Assembly (NCBI GenBank): GCA_035939575.1
Contig: DASZFS010000049.1
Location: forward strand, 1,518-65,517
Origin: Vicinamibacterales bacterium
GTDB taxonomy: Bacteria > Acidobacteriota > Vicinamibacteria > Vicinamibacterales > CAVVIG01
DNA length: 64,000 nucleotides
Direction of reading: 5' to 3'
Shown in pieces: positions 1 to 9,579 of this stretch. The translations under genes and the position numbers were made by a program. The notes below the pieces were generated by a model. It saw only the letters and a list, made by a program, of their open reading frames with translations, made no database searches and had not been told where the DNA came from. Every line of letters starts with the position of its first letter. Position 1 is the stretch's first letter.

Positions 1-1419
1 CTCGCGGAACAGGCGTCCCAGGATGCCGCTCATGAACAGGATCGGGATGAACACCGCGGCGAGCGATGTGGTCATCGTCAGGATCGTGAAGCCGATCTCC
101 TTCGAGCCGTTCAGCGAGGCCTGCAACGGCGATTCCCCGGCCTCGAGGTGGCGCACGATGTTCTCGAGCATCACGATCGCGTCGTCGACGACGAAGCCGA
201 TCGAGAGGATGAGCGCCATCATCGAGAGGTTGTTCAAGCTGAAATGCAGCATCTGCATCACGGCGAACGTGCCGAGAATGGAGAAGGGCAGCGCCAGCGC
301 CGGGATCAGCGTTGCCGACCCGTTGTGCAGGAACAGGAAGATCACTCCGACCACGAGCACGAGCGTCACCAGCATCGTGACCTGGACGTCCTTGAAGGCC
401 TCGCGGATGGTGCGCGAGCGATCCTGGCGCGGGGTCAGCTGCACCGACGGTGGCAGCTGCGCCTCGAAAGTCGGCAGGAGCGCCCGCACGGCATCGGTGA
501 CCTCGATGGTGTTGCTGCCCGGCTGCCGCATCACTTGAAGGGTGATGGCGGTGCGCTTCAGGGGCGGCGCCGTGGGACCGCCGGGCTTGGTGTAGAACCA
601 CGACCCGTTGAACACGTTCTCGACGCTGTCGATGACGTTCGCCACCTGGTCGAGGCGCACGGCGGCGCCACGCTGGTAGGCGACCACGACCGGACGAAAC
701 GCTTCCGCGTTCATCAGCTGGCCCTCGGCCTTGATGTTGAAGGTCGAGTGCGGGCCGAACAGCTGGCCGGTGGGCAGGTTGACGTTCCAGTTCTGCAGTG
801 CCTGGTCGATGTCGTTGATGCCGATCTTCTGCGCGTGGAGCTTGTCGGGATCCAGCTGCACCCGGACCGCGTACTTGGCCGCGCCCTGCACCTGGACCTG
901 CGAGACGCCGCTCACCATCGAGATGCGCGGCGCGATCAACGTCTCCGCGTAGTCGTCGAGCACTGAGAGCGGCAGCGTGTTCGACGTGAGGTTGATCATC
1001 AGGATGGGCTGGTCGTTCGGGTTGTTCTTGCGGAACGACGGCGGCGACGGCAGGCCGGCCGGCAGGAGCGGCATGACCGCGGCGATGGCCGTCTGCACGT
1101 CGACCGTCGCGCTGTCGATGTCGCGGCCGAGATCGAACTGGAGGGTGATACCCGTGCTGCCCGCGCTGCTGCGCGAGGTCATCGAGTCGAGGCCCGCGAT
1201 CGTCGTGAACTGCCGCTCGAGCGGGCTCGCCACGGCCGACGCCATCGTCCCTGGATCGCCGCCGGGGAGGCCGGCGTTCACGTTGAGCGTGGGGTAGTCG
1301 ACCTGCGGCAGATCGCTGACCGGCAGCACGCGGTACGCAACGACGCCAAACAGCGCGATCGCCGCCATCAGGAGGCTGGTGGCGATCGGGCGGCGGATGA
1401 AGACCTCGGAGAGATTCAT
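1..1419 (-). CDS. RND (AcrB/HAE1-like) efflux permease, N-terminal ~473 aa; gene runs off the window start
   Basis: Absent from the ORF track because it is open at the window edge. Reverse complement of 1381-1419 reads ATG AAT CTC TCC GAG GTC TTC ATC CGC CGC CCG ATC GCC = MNLSEVFIRRPIA, then TSLLMAAIALFGVVAYRVLP. This is the classic AcrB-family N-terminus and TM1. It lies 47 nt downstream of a membrane-fusion-protein gene on the same strand. Plus-strand ORFs 23..538 and 148..966 are antisense artefacts. Confidence 0.85.
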   Translation of the reverse strand, partial: MNLSEVFIRRPIATSLLMAAIALFGVVAYRVLPVSDLPQVDYPTLNVNAGLPGGDPGTMASAVASPLERQFTTIAGLDSMTSRSSAGSTGITLQFDLGRDIDSATVDVQTAIAAVMPLLPAGLPSPPSFRKNNPNDQPILMINLTSNTLPLSVLDDYAETLIAPRISMVSGVSQVQVQGAAKYAVRVQLDPDKLHAQKIGINDIDQALQNWNVNLPTGQLFGPHSTFNIKAEGQLMNAEAFRPVVVAYQRGAAVRLDQVANVIDSVENVFNGSWFYTKPGGPTAPPLKRTAITLQVMRQPGSNTIEVTDAVRALLPTFEAQLPPSVQLTPRQDRSRTIREAFKDVQVTMLVTLVLVVGVIFLFLHNGSATLIPALALPFSILGTFAVMQMLHFSLNNLSMMALILSIGFVVDDAIVMLENIVRHLEAGESPLQASLNGSKEIGFTILTMTTSLAAVFIPILFMSGILGRLFRE

Positions 1420-1466
1420 AACTGTCCGGTTCGACTGAGAACCGCGGTCGTTGTGTCAGGCGACCG

Positions 1467-2768
1467 TTACGGCGTTCCGCGCCCCTGGCCCTGGCCTCCA
1501 CGACCTTGTCCCTGTCCCTGCCCACGTCCGCCGCGGCCGCGCCCGCCGCCGCTGTCCGTCGAGACACGTGCGCCCGATTCCAGCCGGAGCTGGCCTTCCG
1601 TGACGACCGTCTCGCCGGGCTGCAAGCCTTTCTCGACGACCATATCCTGGTCGACGCGCTGTGACGTCACGACCGGCCGCTGCTCGACCGTGGAATCCGC
1701 CTTGACAACGAAGACGTACTGGCCGTCCTGTCCGGTCTGCACGGCTTGTGAAGGCACGACGATCGCGTGCGGGATGACGGTCAGGCGCAGCGTGACGCGC
1801 GCGAACTGTCCAGGCCACAAGCGCCGATCGGTATTGGGAAACGCGGCCTTGAGCTTGATCGTGTCGGTCGTCATGTCCACGGCGTTGTCGATGAACGCCA
1901 GAGTCCCGGTGGCGGGCTTCGCATCGGCGTCCTGCGGTACAACCGTAACCGGCAGCTTGGCGTCGCCCATGTGCTGCTTGATCGTCGGCAGGTTGACGGC
2001 GGGAACGGCGAAGGTCACGTAGATGGGCTCGACGCGCGCGACGGTGATGAGCTCGAGCTGATTCGCCGTGATCAGGCTGCCGACCTTGACGGAGAGGTTG
2101 CCGGTGCGTCCGTCAATCGGCGAGGTGATGACGGTGTAGCTCAGGTTCACGCGCGCGGTGTCGACCGCGGCTTCCTGCGCGACGAGCTCCGCTTTCGCGC
2201 TTTCGACGTTCGCGCGATCGGCTTTGACGACGGCGGCGGTCGCGTCGGCCTGCGACCGTGCCTGTTCGCCGGCATCCTTCGAGATGATGCCGCGCTGGAC
2301 GAGCTGCGACTGCCGCTCCGACGTCAGCTGCTGGTATTCCGCGTTTGCGGCGTCGCGATTGAGCTGTGCCTCGGCCTGGGCCAGGAGCGCCTTGTCTTTC
2401 GTCAGGTTCGCCTGGGCCTGCGCGAGCGCCGCCTCGAACGGGCGCCGATCGAGCGAAAAGAGCAGTTGGCCAACTTTCACGAAGTCGCCTTCATGAAAGG
2501 AGATTTCCTGGAGCAGACCGGTCACCTGCGAGCGAATGGAGATCGTCGCGTAGGCTTCGACGTTGCCGATGGCGGCGATGTCCACCGGGACATCCCGCTC
2601 ACCCGCTTTCGCCGTGACGACCGGGGCATCGCCTCCGCCCCGCCCGCCACGCCCGCGTCCGCCGCCCGCTGCCCCACTGCCGGCCGCCGAGGTGTTGTTG
2701 TTGCACGCCGTCGCGCAGGCCGCTAGGACCGCACAGGCTAAATGGACAATGAAGACGCCTCTTCGCAC
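1467..2768 (-). CDS. RND efflux periplasmic adaptor (membrane fusion protein, AcrA/HlyD family), probable lipoprotein
   Basis: 433-aa ORF with an N-terminal signal and lipobox-like VLAAC. It has a coiled-coil hairpin segment (ALAQAQANLTKDKALLAQAEAQLNRD) and a beta-rich C-terminal part, and sits directly upstream of the RND permease. Gly/Arg low-complexity tracts occur at both ends (GGGRGRGGRGGG; GGGRGRGGRGQGQGQGRGGQGQGRG). Confidence 0.85.
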   Translation of the reverse strand: MRRGVFIVHLACAVLAACATACNNNTSAAGSGAAGGGRGRGGRGGGDAPVVTAKAGERDVPVDIAAIGNVEAYATISIRSQVTGLLQEISFHEGDFVKVGQLLFSLDRRPFEAALAQAQANLTKDKALLAQAEAQLNRDAANAEYQQLTSERQSQLVQRGIISKDAGEQARSQADATAAVVKADRANVESAKAELVAQEAAVDTARVNLSYTVITSPIDGRTGNLSVKVGSLITANQLELITVARVEPIYVTFAVPAVNLPTIKQHMGDAKLPVTVVPQDADAKPATGTLAFIDNAVDMTTDTIKLKAAFPNTDRRLWPGQFARVTLRLTVIPHAIVVPSQAVQTGQDGQYVFVVKADSTVEQRPVVTSQRVDQDMVVEKGLQPGETVVTEGQLRLESGARVSTDSGGGRGRGGRGQGQGQGRGGQGQGRGTP

Positions 2769-2860
2769 GTAAGCTCCAGTTTCAGCAGTCGCACTGCGTA
2801 GTGGTACAAAACGGGATACGCAACAGTCTTACGGAGCATTTACCCCAAGGACGTCATTTG

Positions 2861-3733
2861 ATGTCTCTTTACGAAATCCTAACAGACCGCTGGCAGCCTG
2901 ATTCGAATCTTTCGGCCGCCCCGACGGTGCTCGAGGCTCTGGAGACCGGATCCGTCCTGTTCCTGCCAGCGCTCAGGTTTTCGACGAGGCCGGACGAGGC
3001 TCCTATCTTCCGCACGACCATCCTTGGGAGCGCCAAGAATACCAGCTTTGATCCTCGTACAGGGCGGCTTGGTGGGACGACGCTTCGCGGTCCCGAAGCG
3101 GAGATTCTCCTGGGCCTCATGGAGCGCTTCAGCTCCGCTGCGCGAAGCTTGGTCGAAGGTCTGATGCCGCAGTACCAGGGCAATGTGACGCCGGGACGCG
3201 CCAGCTTCCGTCCGGCCGAAATCGCCGGGCGACCGTCGTCATGGCGGAAGGATGACACCCGGCTTCACGTGGACAGCTTTCCCGCGACGCCGTCGGGTGG
3301 GCGGCGCATCTTGCGCGTGTTCACGAATGTCAACCCCGAGGGCCGGCCGCGATCCTGGCGGATTGGTGGCGAATTCGAGGATGTTGCGCGGCGCTTCGCG
3401 CCCAAGCTCCGCCTCCCGTGGCCGGGCGCCGGGCACCTGCTCGCTCTGCTGCGCGTGACCAAAACCCCGCGATCAGCGTATGACGCACTCATGCTTCAGC
3501 TGCACGACGCCATGAAAGCTGACGCTGACTTTCAGCGAACCACGCCGCAGACACTCATGGACTTTCCCGCGGGATCGACGTGGCTGGCGTTCACCGATCA
3601 GGTCGGGCACGCGGCGACGGCAGGGCAGTATCAGCTCGAGCAGACGTTTCTGCTGCCGGTCGCGGCGATGTCTCAGCCTGACCGCTCGCCGCTTCGCGTC
3701 CTCGAAAGGCTCAAAGGGATGAGGCTCACGTAA
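2861..3733 (+). CDS. kdoO: Kdo hydroxylase-like Fe(II)/2-oxoglutarate dioxygenase (KdoO family)
   Basis: ATG 2861 (MSLYEIL...) lies within ORF 2801..3733. It has an HxD motif (RLHVDSF), a distal His (DQVGHAAT) and the RILRVFTNVNP..R.W block that I recognise from the KdoO family. The family call is from memory and needs HMM confirmation. Confidence 0.6.
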   Translation: MSLYEILTDRWQPDSNLSAAPTVLEALETGSVLFLPALRFSTRPDEAPIFRTTILGSAKNTSFDPRTGRLGGTTLRGPEAEILLGLMERFSSAARSLVEGLMPQYQGNVTPGRASFRPAEIAGRPSSWRKDDTRLHVDSFPATPSGGRRILRVFTNVNPEGRPRSWRIGGEFEDVARRFAPKLRLPWPGAGHLLALLRVTKTPRSAYDALMLQLHDAMKADADFQRTTPQTLMDFPAGSTWLAFTDQVGHAATAGQYQLEQTFLLPVAAMSQPDRSPLRVLERLKGMRLT

Positions 3734-3756
3734 CCAACCAGATTCCGCCTTCCCTT

Positions 3757-4362
3757 TTACTTCAACACGGTTGCCTTGACCTCTATCGTGACCTGCCGGT
3801 CGCCGACCGGGTCGGCTGACTGCGCCGCCACGAGCGGCTTGCCGTTCTCGAGCACGAGCGTGAGGTTCTCGCGGATAGAGGTTCGGCGAAGCGAGATGCC
3901 CTGTGGGCCCTGGCCGGGCTGATCGGAGGTCGAGACGGGCAGATCGTACTGGAGGCTCACCGTCGCGCGAATCTTACCGTCGGCGAGCAGTGTCGGCTCG
4001 ACGTCGACGTTCAGCGGCACATCGCCCATCTGACCCGTGTACGAGGCGGTCGATCGAATCATGCCTCCCCTGGTGTCAGCTGCCACGACGCTGACGGTTT
4101 TCTTCAACGATGGCGCACCGCCTCCACGCTGATCCGCGATGGTGACGTCGATTCTTACGTTGACCGGCTGCCCTTCGCGGCGCGCCGCGGCGGGCGCCGC
4201 CGGTGCTCCGGGAGCGGCTGGCGCGGCCGGTTGACCGGGCTGCGGGGCTGCCGATTGCGCGCGCGGCGCGTGTGGCGGCTGCTGGGCGACGAGGGTTGGA
4301 GCGATCGCGGCTGACGCGAACGCGGCCAGCCAGGTCGTGAGTGCAAATGGGCGAGCGGTCAT
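3757..4362 (-). CDS. secreted hypothetical protein, last gene of an ECF sigma operon
   Basis: ATG 4362 (MTARPFALTTWLAAFASAAIAPTLVAQQ, signal-peptide-like) is preceded by AAGGAG and overlaps the upstream stop as ATGA. A Pro/Ala-rich linker is followed by a beta-rich domain. No family recognised. Confidence 0.6.
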   Translation of the reverse strand: MTARPFALTTWLAAFASAAIAPTLVAQQPPHAPRAQSAAPQPGQPAAPAAPGAPAAPAAARREGQPVNVRIDVTIADQRGGGAPSLKKTVSVVAADTRGGMIRSTASYTGQMGDVPLNVDVEPTLLADGKIRATVSLQYDLPVSTSDQPGQGPQGISLRRTSIRENLTLVLENGKPLVAAQSADPVGDRQVTIEVKATVLK

Positions 4363-4913
4363 GGTCGGGCTCCTTCGTCGATCGGCGCAATCGCGATCGG
4401 CGCAATGACATCGAGATCGGGAACGGCGATGGACTCCACGGCGAGTACGGGCGGCGTGATGTCGTCGAAAGCAATCGATGCGCCCGGCGGCATCGCAAAC
4501 GTGTCCAGGTCTGAGGGAAACGCGTTCCACGGCGTCGAGCCGACCGCCGGCGCCGGCGCGCGCGCAGCGCGGACCACCGCCGGCGCGGGAGAGCCCTGGG
4601 AACTACGTCCAACACCCACGCTTGCCGCAGGTGGTAGTACTGCCTGGCCCGTCGCCGCCGGCAGAGAGCCGGCGCGCCCTGGCGGCGCGGGTCCGAACAC
4701 CTCGGCGATCAGGAAAAGAACCGCCGCGCCAGCGAGAGACACCAGCGCCACGGTCTGCGCCCCCATCCGGGGCGATTGCCCCGCGCCGCGGCGTCCCGCG
4801 CGCCGCGACAGCACGCGCGCGGTGAACTGCGGCGACGGCGCGCCCCGTGTCAGCGCCCGCGCCTCGTCGTCGATGGCGCGATCGAGCGCGTTATCGTCGA
4901 ACGGCGACGTCAC
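4359..4913 (-). CDS. putative single-pass membrane anti-sigma factor
   Basis: 184-aa ORF overlapping the sigma gene by 23 nt and the next gene by ATGA. It has one hydrophobic span (TVALVSLAGAAVLFLIAEVF) after a ~50-aa N-terminus. There is no HxxxCxxC zinc motif, so the call rests on position and topology only. Confidence 0.45.
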   Translation of the reverse strand: MTSPFDDNALDRAIDDEARALTRGAPSPQFTARVLSRRAGRRGAGQSPRMGAQTVALVSLAGAAVLFLIAEVFGPAPPGRAGSLPAATGQAVLPPAASVGVGRSSQGSPAPAVVRAARAPAPAVGSTPWNAFPSDLDTFAMPPGASIAFDDITPPVLAVESIAVPDLDVIAPIAIAPIDEGARP

Positions 4914-5529
4914 CGAATCCTTCCTCCCTCAGGCTCGACCGGACGAGGCGCCGGGCTTCCGATACACGCCACTTGATCGTGCCGAGCGGCGCGCCGAGCA
5001 TCGCGCTGATCTCGTCATAACTGTAGTCACCCGACTGCGCGAGCAGCAGCGTATCGCGCAGTTTCGGCGGCAGTCCGCGGATGATGCGCCGAATCGCGCG
5101 TGACAAGCCCTGGTACGCCGCCTGTTGCTCAGGGGTCGCCGCGCCGGCCGCAATCGACGCGAGAGCATCGCCCTGGCCGTCGTAGCCCTGGTCGCTGTAG
5201 TCGCCGCGTCGCGGTTCGACCATGTGCCGCCACATGCGTTTCAGACCTCGTCGGGTGTTGATCGCCTCGTGCCAGGCAATCGTAAGCAGCCACGTCTTGA
5301 AGCTCGCGTCACCCCGGAAGCTGTCAAGACGGCGAAACGCGCTCAGAAATGCTTCCTGCGCCGCGTCTTCCGCCTCCGTGTGCGACCCGAGCGCCGCCAG
5401 CGCCGCGCGGTAAACAGCGACCCGATGCCGATCGACCAGCTCGCCGAACGCGGCAGGATCTCCCTCCCGGGCCCGGGCCACCAGCTCGGCGTCGGTCACA
5501 CAAACAATAGACACTCCCGCACCCGGCAC
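4891..5529 (-). CDS. ECF-type sigma-70 family RNA polymerase sigma factor
   Basis: Region 2 (AQEAFLSAFRRLDSFRGDASFKTWLLTIAWHEAIN) and region 4 (SYDEISAMLGAPLGTIKWRVSEARRLV) are present. The start is uncertain: GTG 5529 or in-frame GTG 5499 (VTDAELVARAREGD). Confidence 0.85.
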   Translation of the reverse strand: MPGAGVSIVCVTDAELVARAREGDPAAFGELVDRHRVAVYRAALAALGSHTEAEDAAQEAFLSAFRRLDSFRGDASFKTWLLTIAWHEAINTRRGLKRMWRHMVEPRRGDYSDQGYDGQGDALASIAAGAATPEQQAAYQGLSRAIRRIIRGLPPKLRDTLLLAQSGDYSYDEISAMLGAPLGTIKWRVSEARRLVRSSLREEGFGDVAVRR

Positions 5530-5550
5530 GGTTGGGGCGGGGCGGTCTAA

Positions 5551-5606
5551 CTGGTTGCTGGTTGCTGGTTGCTGGTTGCTGGTTGCTGGTTGCTGGTTGC
5601 TGGTTG
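5551..5606. repeat. perfect heptanucleotide tandem repeat (CTGGTTG)x8
   Basis: Counted directly: 56 nt made of 8 uninterrupted CTGGTTG units (CAACCAG on the minus strand). It is intergenic, between the usp stop (5607-5609) and the ECF sigma start. Confidence 0.95.
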
Positions 5607-6029
5607 CTACTGGACCTTTAGAAGCAGCACGGGCACGTTGACGAGATGGCGCACGCGATCGACGGTGGTGCCGTGGACCAGATCCGCCAGGTAGCGGTGG
5701 CCGTGCGTGGACATGGCGACGAGGTCCACGTCGCCGCTGTTGGCGATCTTCACCAGCTCCGCCGCAGGGTCCCCCAACGCGAGCCGTGTCTCCACTGTGC
5801 GTCCCGCCGCGACGAGCTCGCCGCGCAGTTGTTCGAGGTAAGCGCGATCGCTCTTCATCTCCTCCGATTCACGGAGCTTGAGCTGATCGAAATTCCGCGC
5901 TGCCCAACCGTCGGCGACGTGGACCAGCAGCAGCGCGGCGCCAGTCATCTCCGCAAGCTTGGCCACGTGATCGATGATGGTGCGGTCGGCGGACGAGTGC
6001 TCGACCGCGACGAGGATGCGCCCGTACAT
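5607..6029 (-). CDS. universal stress protein (UspA family)
   Basis: ATG 6029 gives a 140-aa product (MYGRILVAVEHS...GDVDLVAMSTHG...VPVLLLKVQ), a typical USP layout. It starts 8 nt after the mntH stop, so it is probably co-transcribed. Confidence 0.8.
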   Translation of the reverse strand: MYGRILVAVEHSSADRTIIDHVAKLAEMTGAALLLVHVADGWAARNFDQLKLRESEEMKSDRAYLEQLRGELVAAGRTVETRLALGDPAAELVKIANSGDVDLVAMSTHGHRYLADLVHGTTVDRVRHLVNVPVLLLKVQ

Positions 6030-6037
6030 CGTGCTTC

Positions 6038-7420
6038 TCAGATGGCGCCGGCGAACGTCTCGTACAGGAGGTACACGTTGAGCACCCCGATGATAACCGC
6101 GACCGACCACGCCAGCGCTTTTACCCAGCCAGGATTCACGAAGGCGCCCATCTTCCTGACGTCGCTCGTGAAGGCCACAAGGGGGACCACCGCGAAGGGC
6201 AGCTGGAGGCTCAGAATCACCTGGCTGAGGATCAGGAGCGGGCCGGTCCCGCGCTCACCGTACAGCAGGACGACGATCACGGCGGGGATGATGGCGATGA
6301 GGCGCGTGATGAGGCGTCTCATCCAGGGGCGGAGGCGCAGGTTGAGGAACCCTTCCATCACGATCTGGCCGGCCAGCGTGCCGGTCAGCGTCGCATTCTG
6401 TCCGCTGCAGAGCAGCGCGACGGCGAACAAGACGCTGGCCATCGTCGTGCCGAGCAGGGGAGAGAGGAGCTGGTACGCATCGGAGATGTCGGCAACGTCC
6501 TGGTGGCCAGTTCCGTGGAAGACCGCCGCCGCCATGATCAGGATCGCGGCGTTGATGAAGAGCGCGGACATCAAGGCGACCGAGGAGTCGATCGTCGCGT
6601 AATGGATGGCCTCGCGCTTGCCCTCGGCGGTATCCACGTACTTTCGCGTCTGGACGATTGACGAATGCAGGTACAGGTTGTGCGGCATCACCGTGGCGCC
6701 GAGGATGCCGATCGCGATGTACAGCATGTTGCCGTTGCGGAGGATCTCGGCGCGCGGCACGAATCCGGCCATGACCGCGCCGAGATCGGGACGCGAGAGC
6801 AGCATCTCGACGGTGAACGATCCTGCGACGAGGACGATGAGCGCAACGACCAGCGCCTCGACGTAGCGGAAGCCGCGGTGCTGGAGGAACAGGACGATCA
6901 GCACGTCGAGCGCCGTCAGCGTCACGCCCCAGATGAGCGGCAAGCCCAACAGCAGATTGAGCGCGATGGCGGCGCCGATAACCTCGGCGAGGTCGCAGGC
7001 CGCGATCGCGATCTCACACACGATCCACAAGACGATGGTCAACGGGCGGGAGTAGCTGTCGCGGCACGCTTGCGCGAGGTCGCGGCCGCTGGCGATCCCG
7101 AGCCGCGCGGCCAATGCCTGGAGCAGGATGGCCATCAGGTTGGAGATCATGATCACGCTGAGGAGCGTGTAGCCGTAGCGCGCACCGCCGGCGAGGTCGG
7201 TGGCCCAGTTGCCTGGGTCCATGTAGCCAACCGCGACGAGATAGCCCGGCCCGGCGAAGGCGAAGAACTTGCTCCAGAACCCGGCACCGTGCGGGATGGC
7301 AATCGACCGGTGCACCTCGGGCAGGCTGACGCTCGTGGCGGGCAGTCGCCAGCCTTGCGGGCGCGGAAGAGGCGAGGACGATGTTTCTGGAGGCACCTTG
7401 ATCGAGTTTTGAATACTCAA
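6038..7420 (-). CDS. mntH: Nramp-family divalent metal:proton symporter
   Basis: [15 protein letters not shown] motif, many hydrophobic spans and the typical [21 protein letters not shown]-terminus. The listed start is TTG. The true start may be GTG 7396 (see the promoter feature). Confidence 0.9.
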   Translation of the reverse strand: MSIQNSIKVPPETSSSPLPRPQGWRLPATSVSLPEVHRSIAIPHGAGFWSKFFAFAGPGYLVAVGYMDPGNWATDLAGGARYGYTLLSVIMISNLMAILLQALAARLGIASGRDLAQACRDSYSRPLTIVLWIVCEIAIAACDLAEVIGAAIALNLLLGLPLIWGVTLTALDVLIVLFLQHRGFRYVEALVVALIVLVAGSFTVEMLLSRPDLGAVMAGFVPRAEILRNGNMLYIAIGILGATVMPHNLYLHSSIVQTRKYVDTAEGKREAIHYATIDSSVALMSALFINAAILIMAAAVFHGTGHQDVADISDAYQLLSPLLGTTMASVLFAVALLCSGQNATLTGTLAGQIVMEGFLNLRLRPWMRRLITRLIAIIPAVIVVLLYGERGTGPLLILSQVILSLQLPFAVVPLVAFTSDVRKMGAFVNPGWVKALAWSVAVIIGVLNVYLLYETFAGAI

Positions 7421-7421
7421 A

Positions 7422-7430
7422 ATTATAGCA
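7422..7430 (-). promoter_or_regulatory. extended -10 element (TGcTATAAT) upstream of or abutting mntH
   Basis: Reverse complement of 7421-7431 is atGCTATAATt. A perfect TATAAT with an upstream TG ends 1 nt before the TTG start listed for mntH, in an AT-rich patch. Confidence 0.35.
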
Positions 7431-7483
7431 TAAACATAAGTCGACCTGTCCCCCTTCGCTCGCTGTGTGTCTTTGCTCGCGAG

Positions 7484-9130
<1,647 letters not shown>

Positions 9131-9270
9131 GAGGCCCTGCATGCGGCGGATTCTATAAGGAAACCGGCGGACGGGATCCACCGGGGAACTGGCTACCCAA
9201 CGGGGTAGTCACTTCCCGCTGCCAAGCGGGCTACGGCAGCAAAACAGGCGGTTCTTCGGGCTGTGTGATC

Positions 9271-9286
9271 CGGCACTGAATGTGCG
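9271..9286 (+). promoter_or_regulatory. weak sigma-54 -24/-12-like element (cGGCAC-N5-gTGCg) before HTH paralogue A
   Basis: GG-N10-GC spacing is correct and 8 of 11 consensus positions match. However, it lies only 12 nt from ATG 9298, so it would need a downstream GTG 9310 start or a leaderless mRNA. Confidence 0.2.
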
Positions 9287-9297
9287 GGCGCTGCGGC

Positions 9298-9579
9298 ATG
9301 CGAAGGTCGGTGTTCGTCGAGGAGGCGGCGACTCTGCTTGGGGTATCGCGGCGGACGGTGTATTACCGCATTCGCGATGGCCGGCTGAAGACGGTTCGAA
9401 CGCTGGGCGGGTCGCAGCGCGTCTTGCTCGAGTCGGTCGAGGCGTTGCTGCGCGAAGGGCTGGACGCGCGACTTAGAGGCCGAGGCGCTGGCGTTTCAGA
9501 TACAGGCCCTTCCGAGAAATCCCGAGCGCTTTCGCGGCCGGCTCGAGGCGACCGTGGTGGCTGCGCAGTGCAGCCTTGA
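9298..9579 (+). CDS. small excisionase/MerR-like helix-turn-helix protein (paralogue A)
   Basis: MRRSVFVEEAATLLGVSRRTVYYRIRDGRLKTVRTLGGSQRVLLESVEALL is an HTH_17/Xis-like core. The 3' ~107 nt overlap the convergent bEBP gene, so the C-terminal tail may not be real. Confidence 0.6.
   Translation: MRRSVFVEEAATLLGVSRRTVYYRIRDGRLKTVRTLGGSQRVLLESVEALLREGLDARLRGRGAGVSDTGPSEKSRALSRPARGDRGGCAVQP

Noticed and set aside
5551-5606. Possible CRISPR array or coding low-complexity region
   Set aside because: The units are 7 nt with no spacers, so it is not a CRISPR array. It is intergenic between a stop codon and the next gene, so it is not coding.
9280-9297. ATG 9280 as the start of HTH-A (MCGRCGMRRSV...)
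   Set aside because: The extra six residues precede the conserved core and overlap the possible promoter element. ATG 9298 (or GTG 9310) aligns better with paralogue B.
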